Positions 51,753-62,753 of a stretch of 64,000 nt of DNA are shown in pieces. The stretch is from Tetramitus jugosus. Taxonomy: Eukaryota > Protista > Heterolobosea. The translations under genes were made by a program, and so were the position numbers. The DNA is taken from contig OW569359.1 of NCBI GenBank assembly GCA_937625935.1, positions 124,001 to 188,000 on the forward strand, given 5' to 3'. Each line of letters begins with the position of its first letter. Within the stretch, counting starts at the first letter, position 1. Below the pieces are notes generated by a model, which saw nothing but the letters and a program-made list of their open reading frames with translations, made no database searches and was not told where the DNA came from.

Positions 51753-53222
51753 TCACAGAATCATGCTGCCTTGCATTTCCGTAAACTCACTTGATGGTAC
51801 CATCGCCTCATCTACACCGCCACCAGTAAACATAAAACTATTCTGATTTTCCGTGTCTGATGTCAGTTCTTCCACATCATCGAACTCATCCCGTGATCGT
51901 GTCTTGTAAGAAGAGGTGAATGACGTCATTTGTTGTGGTTTAAGAGCAAGAGTCGATTGCTTCTTTTTTCCAATGGCAATCACACCTTGTGGTTGTTCCT
52001 TGTCAATCTTTTCAGATATCGCAGCCAACGATGGAGGATGTTTTATCTCTTCTCCTAGCCGGAAGAACAATTCGATATCTTCTGCTTCTCTTGACTTGAG
52101 ATCTGAGCTCTTTTCTTTTGTGAGACGCTTCTTCTTTGCAGGTGGAGGAGTAGACAATGGAGATGCACTTGCTTGTTGTATTTTTGAGGCGGCCTTCTTG
52201 GCAGCCAATCGCGTTTTTCGTCCATTGTTGGTCTGCTTTTGTTGCGGTGTTGATTCCACTACATCGTCATCATCGTCCAATGTAATCACTTCACTCGTCG
52301 ACTTTGACTCGAACTCATACTCTTCTTCATCATTGTCCGACTGTTTATAATCGGGATCTTCTGGTTCGGAATCTGGACCTCCATCTTCATCTACTTCTTC
52401 TTCGTCATCATCATCCTCAATATCATCATCACGATTATATTCTTCATCATCATCTTTAGCGCGACTTCTCTTTGCTGCTGAGCTAGAAGAAGAGGATGCC
52501 TTTGCTGTGCCACCGCGTTTCGTAGTCTTTTTCGTTTTGGACGTGGATGCACTTGCTCGTTTAGCTCTTGTTGTCTTACTTGTTTTTCCCGTCAGTGCTT
52601 GATATTCTCTCCAGGTTGTCATGGCTCTTGGTCCTTGTTTGGCCTTTCCATTGACCATCAATGTGTTTCGACCATCCTTTTTTATCCAATAGACACTGTC
52701 TGTTGCCTTTATCTTTGGAGCTCGACTACTACTGCTTGTCGATGCAGCTTTTCTTGTTGTTTTTGTTGCCTTAGTGGTGCTGCTGGATGATGCACTTGCT
52801 TTGCTTTTGGATGATGCTTTTGAAGATGTTGTTTTCGTTGAAGCACTGCTCGTTTTTGTTGATGCTTTTGGAGCAGTCGTCTTGCTTTTCGGTGCCGAAA
52901 ATGACAGAGTCGATTGACTTGATGTGCGACTAGTACTTGTGACAGAAGAATCATCTTCATCATCACTTGATTTTTTATTGTTTTTGTTGTTGTTGGATGA
53001 TCGAAGAGTAATTGTTTTTGCTTGACTACCATTTGAGTTTGATGAGGATGCTGATGCTGAAGAGCGACTGCTAGTAGTGCTGTTGCTATTGTTACTACTA
53101 CTGTTGTTGGAGGGAGTGGGTGCACCTTTGAACATGCGAGAAAAGTTGACGGCAGAGTCAGAGCGTTCACTGATACGCGTAAACGTTCGTCTGACTGCAT
53201 TTTGTTGTTGGTCGTTGTTCAT
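51753..53222 (-). CDS. Low-complexity Ser/Lys/acidic nuclear-type protein
   Basis: 489-aa ORF with basic then acidic tracts and an NLS-like PAKKKR. Confidence 0.7.
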   Translation of the reverse strand: MNNDQQQNAVRRTFTRISERSDSAVNFSRMFKGAPTPSNNSSSNNSNSTTSSRSSASASSSNSNGSQAKTITLRSSNNNKNNKKSSDDEDDSSVTSTSRTSSQSTLSFSAPKSKTTAPKASTKTSSASTKTTSSKASSKSKASASSSSTTKATKTTRKAASTSSSSRAPKIKATDSVYWIKKDGRNTLMVNGKAKQGPRAMTTWREYQALTGKTSKTTRAKRASASTSKTKKTTKRGGTAKASSSSSSAAKRSRAKDDDEEYNRDDDIEDDDDEEEVDEDGGPDSEPEDPDYKQSDNDEEEYEFESKSTSEVITLDDDDDVVESTPQQKQTNNGRKTRLAAKKAASKIQQASASPLSTPPPAKKKRLTKEKSSDLKSREAEDIELFFRLGEEIKHPPSLAAISEKIDKEQPQGVIAIGKKKQSTLALKPQQMTSFTSSYKTRSRDEFDDVEELTSDTENQNSFMFTGGGVDEAMVPSSEFTEMQGSMIL

Positions 53223-53296
53223 TTTTGTTGTTTCTTTGCTTTTTGTTGTCTGGTGGACATGAACGGAAATTGTGTTCTTGTTTTTTGTTGACCTTT

Positions 53297-53310
53297 TTTT
53301 GGCGCCAAAA
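53297..53310. promoter_or_regulatory. Palindromic E2F-like site TTTTGGCGCCAAAA
   Basis: Perfect 14-bp palindrome 75 bp upstream of the ATG at 53222. Confidence 0.4.
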
Positions 53311-53336
53311 CGGCTATTTTGGTGCGAGTGTATTCG

Positions 53337-53924
53337 CTACCAAGCATGGTTCCAATCTGAGATGAGGAGACTGACTTCTTCGTTGAGGCACTCCAAAAGA
53401 CGACCTAGATTATACTGTAAGTCCCTGGAATGATCTCTGAATCTGTATTTGCAATGATAGTAAATGGCCATCGAAGAGGCACAAAGACCTTCTCCTTGTT
53501 GCTCCATTGGAGAAGATCTCCTCGACTGTGGAGTATCAATGAATTGAATTGTAATGTACTCTGGTCTCCTAAGAATGGAACTCCGTTGTTTGTAAGTGTA
53601 AGTCATGGTTCTATCATCAGAGAACTTTAACTTCATTTTGCGAGAGAGGAGTGGTGTGTTTCGAGTCGAGTACCGATCAAAGCTTGTCCTTGACTCACCG
53701 AATCCACTTACCAGAACATCTCCAATGATAGTGTCCCATGCTTCCTTGAGCAACTGCGCATTTATGTTTGAGTAAACGGGAGATGATTGATCCTGTGTGG
53801 CTTGGTTCTTGACAGAGAAGGTTGGATTGAATTTTTGACGAGGTGCATTCTCTGGAAGGAGAATCACAGTGGATCGCTTTTTGGGTTGAAGAGTATCAAA
53901 ATGGATTGGTTTCTGAGAAAGCAT
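53337..53924 (-). CDS. Hypothetical protein
   Basis: ORF of about 195 aa from ATG 53924; no domain recognised. Confidence 0.55.
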   Translation of the reverse strand: MLSQKPIHFDTLQPKKRSTVILLPENAPRQKFNPTFSVKNQATQDQSSPVYSNINAQLLKEAWDTIIGDVLVSGFGESRTSFDRYSTRNTPLLSRKMKLKFSDDRTMTYTYKQRSSILRRPEYITIQFIDTPQSRRSSPMEQQGEGLCASSMAIYYHCKYRFRDHSRDLQYNLGRLLECLNEEVSLLISDWNHAW

Positions 53925-54137
53925 GATTGACTGTGTGAGTGAGAAGTTTGTTTCATTCGAAGTGTGCACAACACAGATTAATTACAAAGACTTTGACGGT
54001 GCGTCGACCCAAAATAACTGAGGAAGTTTTCAAATACAATGAAAATATTATTAGATAAATGGTTAGCAAAACAGCTCCCCCTGCCCGAGTATGAATGAAA
54101 GGATTAATTGGAAAATTGGGAGGTGTTTCCATGTGTC

Positions 54138-57100
54138 TTAAACAATGGAGGGGTACATGTACTTATCACTGCATCTCTTCTTCAAAAAGATGAGAACATC
54201 TGAGAATAAGAGCCATGGCGCTTTCAACAACTTCATTCTCTCAGGTGGAGATGCTTCCCATTGGCTCTCGTCATAACAGTGTCGATAAAACTTCAGGACC
54301 ACACTGTGGTACATTGGATGATATTGTGTTAGAACAGAGGAATCCACACCATTGTCTTTGAGGATGAGCATCGAATACTCAATAGCATTCTCTTTAATCC
54401 TACAGACAGCTCTCTCAAAAGGGGTTTGTCCATACGATTTTGACATCTTCTTCAAATTTTGTTTGTGCAAGCTGAGATATTCACTATGATTGCCATAGCC
54501 AGTGGTGCTTAGTGCATCCTGAAGTTCCTTCAACCATAATCGAAAAGTTTCCTCACCACAGTCGACATGTGTATTCAGCATTTTCTGATTGGACAAATAG
54601 TGCTCATTATCTTTTGAGATGAATCTAGGAGGATCATCAATCAACCAACTCTTATTAATACGAACATATGTCTGACAAGCAATGTTTACCATTTTTGCAA
54701 TGATTGTAGCTCCATCATTGCAAGAGGTTTGACCACGGTGCTTGTCTGCGTTCTTTTTGCTTTCACAATACAGTCTAAGGACTCTCTCCTTGTCCAGCAA
54801 ATGATTTTCTTTAGTCCTTTCATCCTGAGTCGAAACCCACACTGGTTTTTGTGTGGATCTCCCACTTGTTTCAAGTTGTGTTCCGTCTATTGCAAGAGCA
54901 TATTCAACTGCCAATTTCTTGTATTTCTCGTCCATAATGTCTCCATTCGACGATTCATAAAGACACCTCAACGCATGTTCAACCAAACCCACTCCTGTAT
55001 CGATCTGCTTAATAAAATTCGTAATTAGATCTTTAGAGATGTCCTTGGAACGTGGGTCATCTGGAGATTTCACCACCTCGTACTTCCCTCTTTCAACTTC
55101 TCTTGGAGGTACAAAACTACTGTCCCAACAAACAAGGTACAAATCTCCATCAAGATCTCCTCCTCCCATACAGTGAGGTCCCGGAGGTTTATCCTTATGG
55201 ACCGAGAAGATAACTGCTCCTTTGATATGGGCTAGCTCTTCAATACTATTGTTGACGGTAAAGACTCTAAAATCACCTGGATGAGCTGCTGGATTTCTTG
55301 TCACTAGCACTCTCTTTCCATGCAGATTTTGATTAGGGAGATTCAAACAAATCTCACCAGAGGAGAGTGAAGTTGTCTCATCAGCAACACCAATAACATA
55401 TCGACTGTCCCTGCATGGTATCTTCAGATCATCGGCAAGAGCCATCTTCGTCACTCTCTCAGTGTACAAATCTCTTATCATCGATTGAATGTAAGGATCT
55501 TGGAAGTCGTCCTCGCTTTCGCAGGCTTTGATGGCTTCTCTCAGATGTTTCAATTCAAAATCATAAATGTTGTCTTCCTTGAGAAAAACCTTGAGGGCAA
55601 CTTTGGGATCCTCGATGGCCTCCTTGTATTGTTGCAAACGATCCTCGAATGATCTCAACACAACATCGTGAGAAACACCTAGTCCGCAGAGACCCATGAT
55701 GAAATGTCTGTTTAGCGATCCAGGCAACCCATTTACAGTCCCATAGTTATTTACATCGAGCAAGTGAATCTTGTCCTCGAAGTTAAACTTTCGCATACTC
55801 TTTCGGAAGAAGAAGTGAGTTTCCTGGGTGCTCCCCTGTCTGAGTTCGTGAATCACTTTGCTGTTATCTGGATAAGCAACCAACACACCCTTGTATCCCA
55901 CAAAACGAATTTGGAACACTCTTGTTGTACATGGCAAGTTCAGTATCTGACAAAGCTCTCTCGCTTTATATTCAGTCATCACTCCCACACCGTCTGTGTA
56001 GTTGAATTTTCCCTTTTTGTCAATTTCGATTTGCTTTTTGATATCTTTGATCTGGGTGTGTTCGTGAATCTCAATGGCAATAGAAGACATGGTCGTACCT
56101 AAACTCTGGCCTACTCTTTTCGCAAGTTTTCTTCTGCCCTCAACCTTGGAAAAGTTTCCGATCTTGTTGATTAATTGATTAATATCCTCTTTTGCATCTA
56201 CACACCAGAATGACTTCGACTTGAGGCCGCTGTTGCTGTAAGCAAAGAACTTGTAGATCTTGCCTTCAAACTCTATTTCACTAGAGAGGAATTCTTGAAG
56301 TTTTTCGGCCACTCCCGCTTTCTTCATGGCTCCGTAATTGATTGAACTTCCTGCTACATGAAGGAAATTGGTCATTGGAAACAATCGCACCACTCTGTTA
56401 CTGTTGTCAGCGTTCCTGTACTGTTTCTTCAACGAGAACTTGTTTTCTTGAAACTCGAGAGAACAAGTTGTCACATTCTTCACTTCACTTTCTCCTTTCT
56501 CGTTTGAATTGAGCAATAGGATCATCGAAGGACTCGGCTTGATCTCTGGGAGAGGTGTTCCAGAAGAATTGATCTTTTCGGGAATTTTGTTGTCAGAAGA
56601 TAAGCTCGAAGAGGTGCCGACTTCTCTGTACACCTTCGGGGAAGTTGAACTACTCTGTGGGCTAGAATTGGAATACAAAGGTGAATAGTTCTTCTTTGGC
56701 GTCTCGTATCCTTCAGATACCACCATGTGATTTGATACAGGACTTGTAGCTGGAGATAACTCGAGCAATCGGGCAGACAATGAACTTGGACTTGATAGTG
56801 CTGATGACACGGAGCCAGGAGAACGTACAGGTGTACTGCTCGAGCTTGAAGGAGTCGTTACTCGGAAAAACCAACAGGTTTTCAATTCTACTCCTCCAAC
56901 TGTGACTGTAAGTTGATACTGTTGCTTTCCTTGACGACTAGCTTTACCCCCAAGAAGTTTCTCATCAGGATTGTTCTTTGGTTTGAGGATTACATGATTA
57001 TCTCTAATGTCCACTCGATAGTCATCACTACCTAGAGCCAATCTGGAAGTAGCACCATGTAGACCCTTTCTTGTATCGATAGTGAACGATTGAGGAGTCA

Positions 57101-57230
57101 CTGATCCTCTCACGATATCTGGTTGAATTTTCCAAATCATTGGAGTCAAATTTCTTCCTCTCAACCTCATTAAATCTCCTTCATCTTGTTCCCAACTCTC
57201 ACCAACTGGAACTAGTTCATAAACACTCAT
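54138..57230 (-). CDS. Eukaryotic RNA-dependent RNA polymerase (RNAi type)
   Basis: FFAYSNSGLK, YTDGVG, FQIRFVGYKGVL, VTRNPAAHPGD and catalytic GGDLDGD. Confidence 0.95.
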   Translation of the reverse strand: MSVYELVPVGESWEQDEGDLMRLRGRNLTPMIWKIQPDIVRGSVTPQSFTIDTRKGLHGATSRLALGSDDYRVDIRDNHVILKPKNNPDEKLLGGKASRQGKQQYQLTVTVGGVELKTCWFFRVTTPSSSSSTPVRSPGSVSSALSSPSSLSARLLELSPATSPVSNHMVVSEGYETPKKNYSPLYSNSSPQSSSTSPKVYREVGTSSSLSSDNKIPEKINSSGTPLPEIKPSPSMILLLNSNEKGESEVKNVTTCSLEFQENKFSLKKQYRNADNSNRVVRLFPMTNFLHVAGSSINYGAMKKAGVAEKLQEFLSSEIEFEGKIYKFFAYSNSGLKSKSFWCVDAKEDINQLINKIGNFSKVEGRRKLAKRVGQSLGTTMSSIAIEIHEHTQIKDIKKQIEIDKKGKFNYTDGVGVMTEYKARELCQILNLPCTTRVFQIRFVGYKGVLVAYPDNSKVIHELRQGSTQETHFFFRKSMRKFNFEDKIHLLDVNNYGTVNGLPGSLNRHFIMGLCGLGVSHDVVLRSFEDRLQQYKEAIEDPKVALKVFLKEDNIYDFELKHLREAIKACESEDDFQDPYIQSMIRDLYTERVTKMALADDLKIPCRDSRYVIGVADETTSLSSGEICLNLPNQNLHGKRVLVTRNPAAHPGDFRVFTVNNSIEELAHIKGAVIFSVHKDKPPGPHCMGGGDLDGDLYLVCWDSSFVPPREVERGKYEVVKSPDDPRSKDISKDLITNFIKQIDTGVGLVEHALRCLYESSNGDIMDEKYKKLAVEYALAIDGTQLETSGRSTQKPVWVSTQDERTKENHLLDKERVLRLYCESKKNADKHRGQTSCNDGATIIAKMVNIACQTYVRINKSWLIDDPPRFISKDNEHYLSNQKMLNTHVDCGEETFRLWLKELQDALSTTGYGNHSEYLSLHKQNLKKMSKSYGQTPFERAVCRIKENAIEYSMLILKDNGVDSSVLTQYHPMYHSVVLKFYRHCYDESQWEASPPERMKLLKAPWLLFSDVLIFLKKRCSDKYMYPSIV

Positions 57231-57419
57231 TGTTTTTATTTTTTGTGATTTCTATCAGGGAAGGGAGAGAGGAGAAGATTTTTGCGTTGAAGACGGAGAA
57301 GTCCTCCTTTTCTTCCATTACAATTTTGCGGAAAAACAAAAACGGGCATCATCAAAAAGGAGGAACACGTCGTTTGGGCTCCTGCTTCTTCTATAAACGT
57401 TCGAATCTGGCATGCGATT

Positions 57420-58816
57420 GGTAAGTTTGCCTGCTACTGTGATGCTGAAGAATCCACAGCCTGACGGCACCATAGGTCTATGTTCCTGAATAACCTGAAG
57501 GAATACCGTCAGCCGGGCATTGTACTTTTCTCTTTGAAGGACAACTTATAATATATTTTTTCTTTTTTAAGTACAACTAGTGGTTTCGCTGCTTGTTCAT
57601 TGTTGCTTCCCTCCCTGTACATGATGTACCTAGTATGCTTGTGACAGCGGAATGCAATGATTTTTGATTTGTTCGTTGCAGAGCACCAACAACCAGCCAT
57701 CTCCTTGGAGTTTGTGAAGAGGCGATGCTTCACCTCAACAAATTTTCATTGCTTTCGTTTCTACACCTAACATTCCTAGCCTCTTTGACTGTCTTCATCT
57801 GTACATTCATTGAACACAAGGTTGCATGGAAAAACAAAAGTATTTGTTTTTACACAAGTCTCGCACATGTCCGAAGTGTAATTTCTCATTCCGGTAGCTC
57901 TTACACAGACACACAGTGGGTGTATCACTAGGATTGTACAGACCAAAGACAACTTCTTTGATGGGTACCACTTCTTACTTGCAACCACTCGAACCTTCTG
58001 TCCACACCGTGTGGGGAACTTCTGAAGTTGGCAGCCTTTTGCTGGTGGACACCACTTATTTATGTGCAGAGTAGAATCATTTCTAACATATTGCAGAGAA
58101 TAAAGTGGCAACACTCGTTGTATGGAAACAAAATCATTTCTACCGTCACACATGTACTATTTACCTTGTGTAAAGGATCAGCAATGAATGTGCAACCAAT
58201 GGTTGTATTAAAAAAATCTTTTGTTTGATCAGAGGGAAATTTTCGAGAGGAGTGTGACCGATCCAGCAATTACATCGTCGAACCATAGAGCCACCTGGCA
58301 GTGTCTAGTGATTTCATCCTGTTCAGCTTGACTTTTAGTTCCTCTGCCACTTTACTTCTTGCTGCTTTGGCATGATCGAACTCAACCAGCAGATGAACAA
58401 TGGTCTCAGGACATTTGCCACAAAGAGAACATGTGATATCACCCAGGGCATTGTACAACTTCTACATAACCTCTTTCGTATGTAGGGTACCACTCCTGAC
58501 CTAGTGGTAGAAACACAGTTCCTTCCTATCTAGTCCAAAAGGCCATTTCAGGAAATAGTTCCACCAACTTCTGTAACTCAGAATCAAGCCACCAACCTTC
58601 ATTCCATCCAATCTCTGTCCTCTGCTTTGTGAATGATTCCTCTACTCCTATAGAATATTGGGATACTCATAGATTACACCATTGGCTAGCACAGTAACTT
58701 CAGACTTCACTGTGCTTCTGGCACTGGTTTCCAAGCTGAGCGGCACAACAGGCACTGGTAGCAGTGGTGTTGGTACAGTCCTCTGTTCTTCGAATCTCCA
58801 CTTCCTCATTAATCCA
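57420..58816 (-). mobile_element. Decayed non-LTR retrotransposon remnant (zf-RVT C-terminus) plus further degenerate coding fragments
   Basis: Minus-strand frame through stops at about 58270-58590: SWWNYFLKWPFGLDRKELCFYH*VRSGTLHTKEVM*KLY...CSLCGKCPETIVHLLVEFDHAK, the zf-RVT pattern of L1/Tx1-type ORF2. Left boundary uncertain. Confidence 0.65.
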
Positions 58817-58855
58817 CTAATCAAGTAGTCCTGGGTTCGAGCCCCACCGACGGCT
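58817..58855 (+). pseudogene. 3' half of a tRNA gene (anticodon loop to discriminator)
   Basis: CTAA TCAAG TAGTC CTGGG TTCGAGC CCCAC CGACGGC T, with B-box GGTTCGAGCCC and correct arm spacing, then a T-rich tract. No 5' half seen nearby. Confidence 0.7.
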
Positions 58856-59022
58856 ACATGTTTGTTTTACAACCCGATCTCCTTTTGGATTTCGAAAGAC
58901 GTTCTGACTTGACAATCGAACTTCGGAACCTACGTGCCCCTACATCAACCAAAAACAAGCGCACATCATCGAACACACCCACAGATACCAACAACACTCC
59001 AACTCATATACTCTACAATCTG

Positions 59023-60750
59023 ATGATGTCACTTGGATTAATCACAAACTTGTTGCTATCATTGCTCATCCTCTGTGCAACAACAACAACACTGGCAACC
59101 ACCAAGCCACGTTTTCTCCATGTAGCCCCACTGCATCAACTCAAAGGTCTCAAACAAGGTCAATTTCGGCCTGTCATCGAGAGTGAATCTGCCTTCCACA
59201 AGACAATTCAAGTGTCTCCCTATGACTCCGTCTCCAAGTCACCATTCAACACGGAGAGCTTCTTTTCTCTGTTGAAGCAGTATCAGGACAGTGCGACACC
59301 CAATGTCTACACATCAGAGATTTTGAGCTCAAAGATGAAGAATCGAAGAAGAAGAAATATTGTGCCAACTTACATTTCGTCGTTTAGGCCTGATGGTGCC
59401 AATTTTTCATGGGAGGCACCTTGCTTCAAGCACAATGTTGGTTGGTTGACATACAATCAGAACAAGAAATCTTTTACGTTCACGTTTGAGAGCAGTAATG
59501 CAACGAGCTACATGTGCTCTGATTGGTACTTGTTTGCTACACAAGAAACCTTTCATGTCAAAGCAGCAGCTCTCAGAGGAAAGCACACATTAACGATCAT
59601 GGATTTGCAAGAAAGCGACTTCAACTCTATTTTAAACAGTGGACTCTATGCATTCGTGTTTGAAGATGGCATGTTGGGCACGATCATTGACGCTTACGTT
59701 GCCGCCAGAACCATTTACGGTGTATATTTTGAGAAGGACAAAATTAGCTTCTTGGCGAATAACATGCCCGATTTTCCGTTCGATGTGAGACCAAATGCCA
59801 TCACACCAATCACAAACACGTCACTCATTGGTAATGGTGATCTGTTGGGTGTGGTTACTCTGAGTGGACTCAATTTGATCTTAATGTACGGCACAGGGTC
59901 TCACATTGGTCATGTTGCTACCACGCTTTGGATCCCTAACGAGCAAACGGGTCAAAACGAGCTGTTTGTTGTTGAGTCATTGGATGGTGGTATCAGGAGA
60001 ACTGCGTACAGTCATTGGCTCGAGACACACATTCAAGATAAACAAGTGGTCATCTTTGGTAAGCTCAAGAAGGAGTATCAACAAAAGTTGAATCACAAGA
60101 AAGCTCTTGATTTCTTCTTGCAGAGTGAACATCTTCCCTATGGATATCAGAACATTGCTTATGCTTGGATTGATACTCTGAATCAGAACTATCCAACTCC
60201 TCTCGATGCCAGTCTCGTTCCCAGTGGGCTCACAATCTTTGGCAAATTGAGTCCAAAGTGGCTTGGTATCTTGTTTCTGGAAGGATTTAACATGAGACTC
60301 CAAAAGGTGTTTAAAGTCAACACTACTTGTGCAGACATGGATTGCATAGTTGTCACTGCGGAAGCATTGAACATGACTGTTCAAGAATTAATGATTGTTC
60401 CAGAGAGAGATGACTGGCTGTATCCACCACACAACCAAAGAGCTATGGTATGCAGTGTGTTTATTATGAGCATGTACAAGGCTGCTGGAATGTTCCCAGA
60501 TTTGGATATCCAAGCATCAGAGTTCACACCAAAGGATCTGTATATGCTAGATTTGTGGGATAAGCATTGGGAAAGACCAGCAGAATGCCTCAAGAACAAT
60601 GACAATTATCCATATTGTCAAATGTTGGGTGAATGGTATTGGCCATTGCCTGATTATGCTGGATTTGGAGTCGTTGAACCGTACAGCCAAATGAACCAAA
60701 GGTGTGGTGCATCTCCTCCAACCTATACTCGAACACCAGCCAAGTGCTAA
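59023..60750 (+). CDS. Secreted protein with a putative permuted papain-like (NlpC/P60, YiiX-like) catalytic domain
   Basis: Signal peptide; GDLL...GSHIGHVATTLW...LFVVES...PYGYQN...VCSVFIMSMYKAAG...EFTPKDLY, with His preceding Cys. Confidence 0.7.
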   Translation: MMSLGLITNLLLSLLILCATTTTLATTKPRFLHVAPLHQLKGLKQGQFRPVIESESAFHKTIQVSPYDSVSKSPFNTESFFSLLKQYQDSATPNVYTSEILSSKMKNRRRRNIVPTYISSFRPDGANFSWEAPCFKHNVGWLTYNQNKKSFTFTFESSNATSYMCSDWYLFATQETFHVKAAALRGKHTLTIMDLQESDFNSILNSGLYAFVFEDGMLGTIIDAYVAARTIYGVYFEKDKISFLANNMPDFPFDVRPNAITPITNTSLIGNGDLLGVVTLSGLNLILMYGTGSHIGHVATTLWIPNEQTGQNELFVVESLDGGIRRTAYSHWLETHIQDKQVVIFGKLKKEYQQKLNHKKALDFFLQSEHLPYGYQNIAYAWIDTLNQNYPTPLDASLVPSGLTIFGKLSPKWLGILFLEGFNMRLQKVFKVNTTCADMDCIVVTAEALNMTVQELMIVPERDDWLYPPHNQRAMVCSVFIMSMYKAAGMFPDLDIQASEFTPKDLYMLDLWDKHWERPAECLKNNDNYPYCQMLGEWYWPLPDYAGFGVVEPYSQMNQRCGASPPTYTRTPAKC

Positions 60751-61246
60751 ACATCAAATATAATTATTCCACCTCTTATCTAACTGAAGTCATTGGATGG
60801 TCAGCATTGCATACCGTCCAAATAATATTATGTCCTCGCAACAACCCAAATGGCCAAAGCGGGTCAATTTCCAGCCAGAAGTACGAAACAGTTCAAACCG
60901 CAGAACGATTCTTCTGTGCAAGTTCCTTTCATTCTATTAACCCGACGTCATTTGGTCAACTTGTCAACCGTCAATCTCACTCAGTACATTCAGGGAGAAA
61001 AAAATAACCACGACTAGACGAGAGCAACGATTCACCCACACCCAGCAACAAAGAACCCTCCACACAACAACGACAGCAACAGACCAACAACAAACAAAAA
61101 GAACAAACCCTTGCTGAATCGAGTTGAACCTTTTTCCAACCCACGAAAAAAAACCCTCTAGAGAACCAACAAACAACAACAAACAACAACAAGAGCTACA
61201 TCAAAAAAAACGATACAATATAACAACAAACTACAATCAACAAAAA

Positions 61247-62219
61247 ATGTCAGATACAGGAAGTGAAGAATATGATAATATCAAGTGCGTCGTTGTAGGT
61301 GATGGTGCTGTCGGTAAGACTTGTCTACTGTTAGCTTACAGTGAGAGGAGGTTCCCTGAACAATACATTCCAACTATTTGTGATAATTGTAAGTAAGAGA
61401 GAGCTTGAACTGACAAGCTTAAGCTTCCAACTCACAACAATAACGGGAAAATTTTTGGATTTTTTTTCACAAGGATTGTTGTTGTTAGCTATAGCTGTCA
61501 TTATCCTTTGATTTTCGACAGGACAATGGTTTTTTTTATAGTTCATGACAATTGACACTTTTTTTTTCTCTCAAAGATTCGACCAATGTGACCTATAAGA
61601 GCAGAACAGTGTCTCTATCACTGTGGGATACAGCTGTATGTACCAATATCCATTGTTGTTGTTTTTTTTACATCAAAACAACTGAATTGGAATTGACACT
61701 TCTTTTTTTTCACTATTCTCCATTCCTTGATTTTGTACAAATACCACCAAACAATCCATAATGACGATAACAAAATAACAAACAAAATAACAAACAAAAT
61801 AACAACAGGGACAAGAAGAATATGATCAATTGAGACCATTGAGTTACCCTGACACTCATGTCTTTATCGTTTGCTTCTCCGTCATTCATCCAATGTCACT
61901 CGAAAACGTCAAGCACAAATGGATTCCAGAATTGAAACAGCACTGTGACAATGTGCCTATTGTTCTCGTGGGAACAAAGACTGATTTGAGAGATGACCCC
62001 AATATTGTCAATGACTTGAAAAAGAAGGAAATGAAACCGTTGAATAAGCACGATGGTGACCAGTGTAAGAAGGATATTGGTGCAATGAGATATGCAGAGT
62101 GTTCTGCGAGAACAATGGACGGATTGAACGAAGTGTTTGACCATGTGATCGAAGTGCACTTTGAGAGGGTGATGGGTGATGACAAGACTGGAAAGAAGAA
62201 GAAGTGTACCATACAGTAA
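61247..62219 (+). CDS. Rho/Rac-family GTPase, 3 exons (61247-61388, 61577-61635, 61809-62219)
   Basis: [22 protein letters not shown]|[24 protein letters not shown] and CaaX CTIQ; GT-AG introns 61389-61576 and 61636-61808. Confidence 0.95.
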
Positions 62220-62753
62220 ATGACAATTGAGAGACAGAGAGAGAAGAATTATCATCACTATCACCATCAACAACAACAACAATAATATCCTATAATAATA
62301 ATAACAACAACAAGAAGAACAACAACAACGTGAATCATAATTTCGTAATCATTAATAACAATAACAAAAACATAATCGTAGTTGAAACAAAATCATCATT
62401 TGACAAAATTCCACACAAGCAGTAGTAATCAAAATTACTATCTCTCTTTCGAGGTTCATATGAAAAGAGGACCGCACACATACACACACAGTGTCTCACT
62501 CTCTTGCATATCCATCCTTCTCATTTATTCATAACCATCGTCATCCCTATATTATATACCTTGCTTTCTTAAGTAAAGGACAACCCAACACAATAAAAAT
62601 CATAGATTGAAAGTTTAGAATTGTTGTTGTTGTTGTTGCTCACTATTGGCAATCAGCGCTGAGACTTTTTCTTAACAAACATCCAAGCATCAAACAATAC
62701 AAAGCACTCCTGGAATCCACCAACATCTTCCTCTTTTTGACCTTTTTTGGAGT

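Noticed and set aside
62220-62640. CAA/TAA/CA microsatellite-rich tract
   Set aside because: Typical UTR low-complexity sequence, seen throughout this window.
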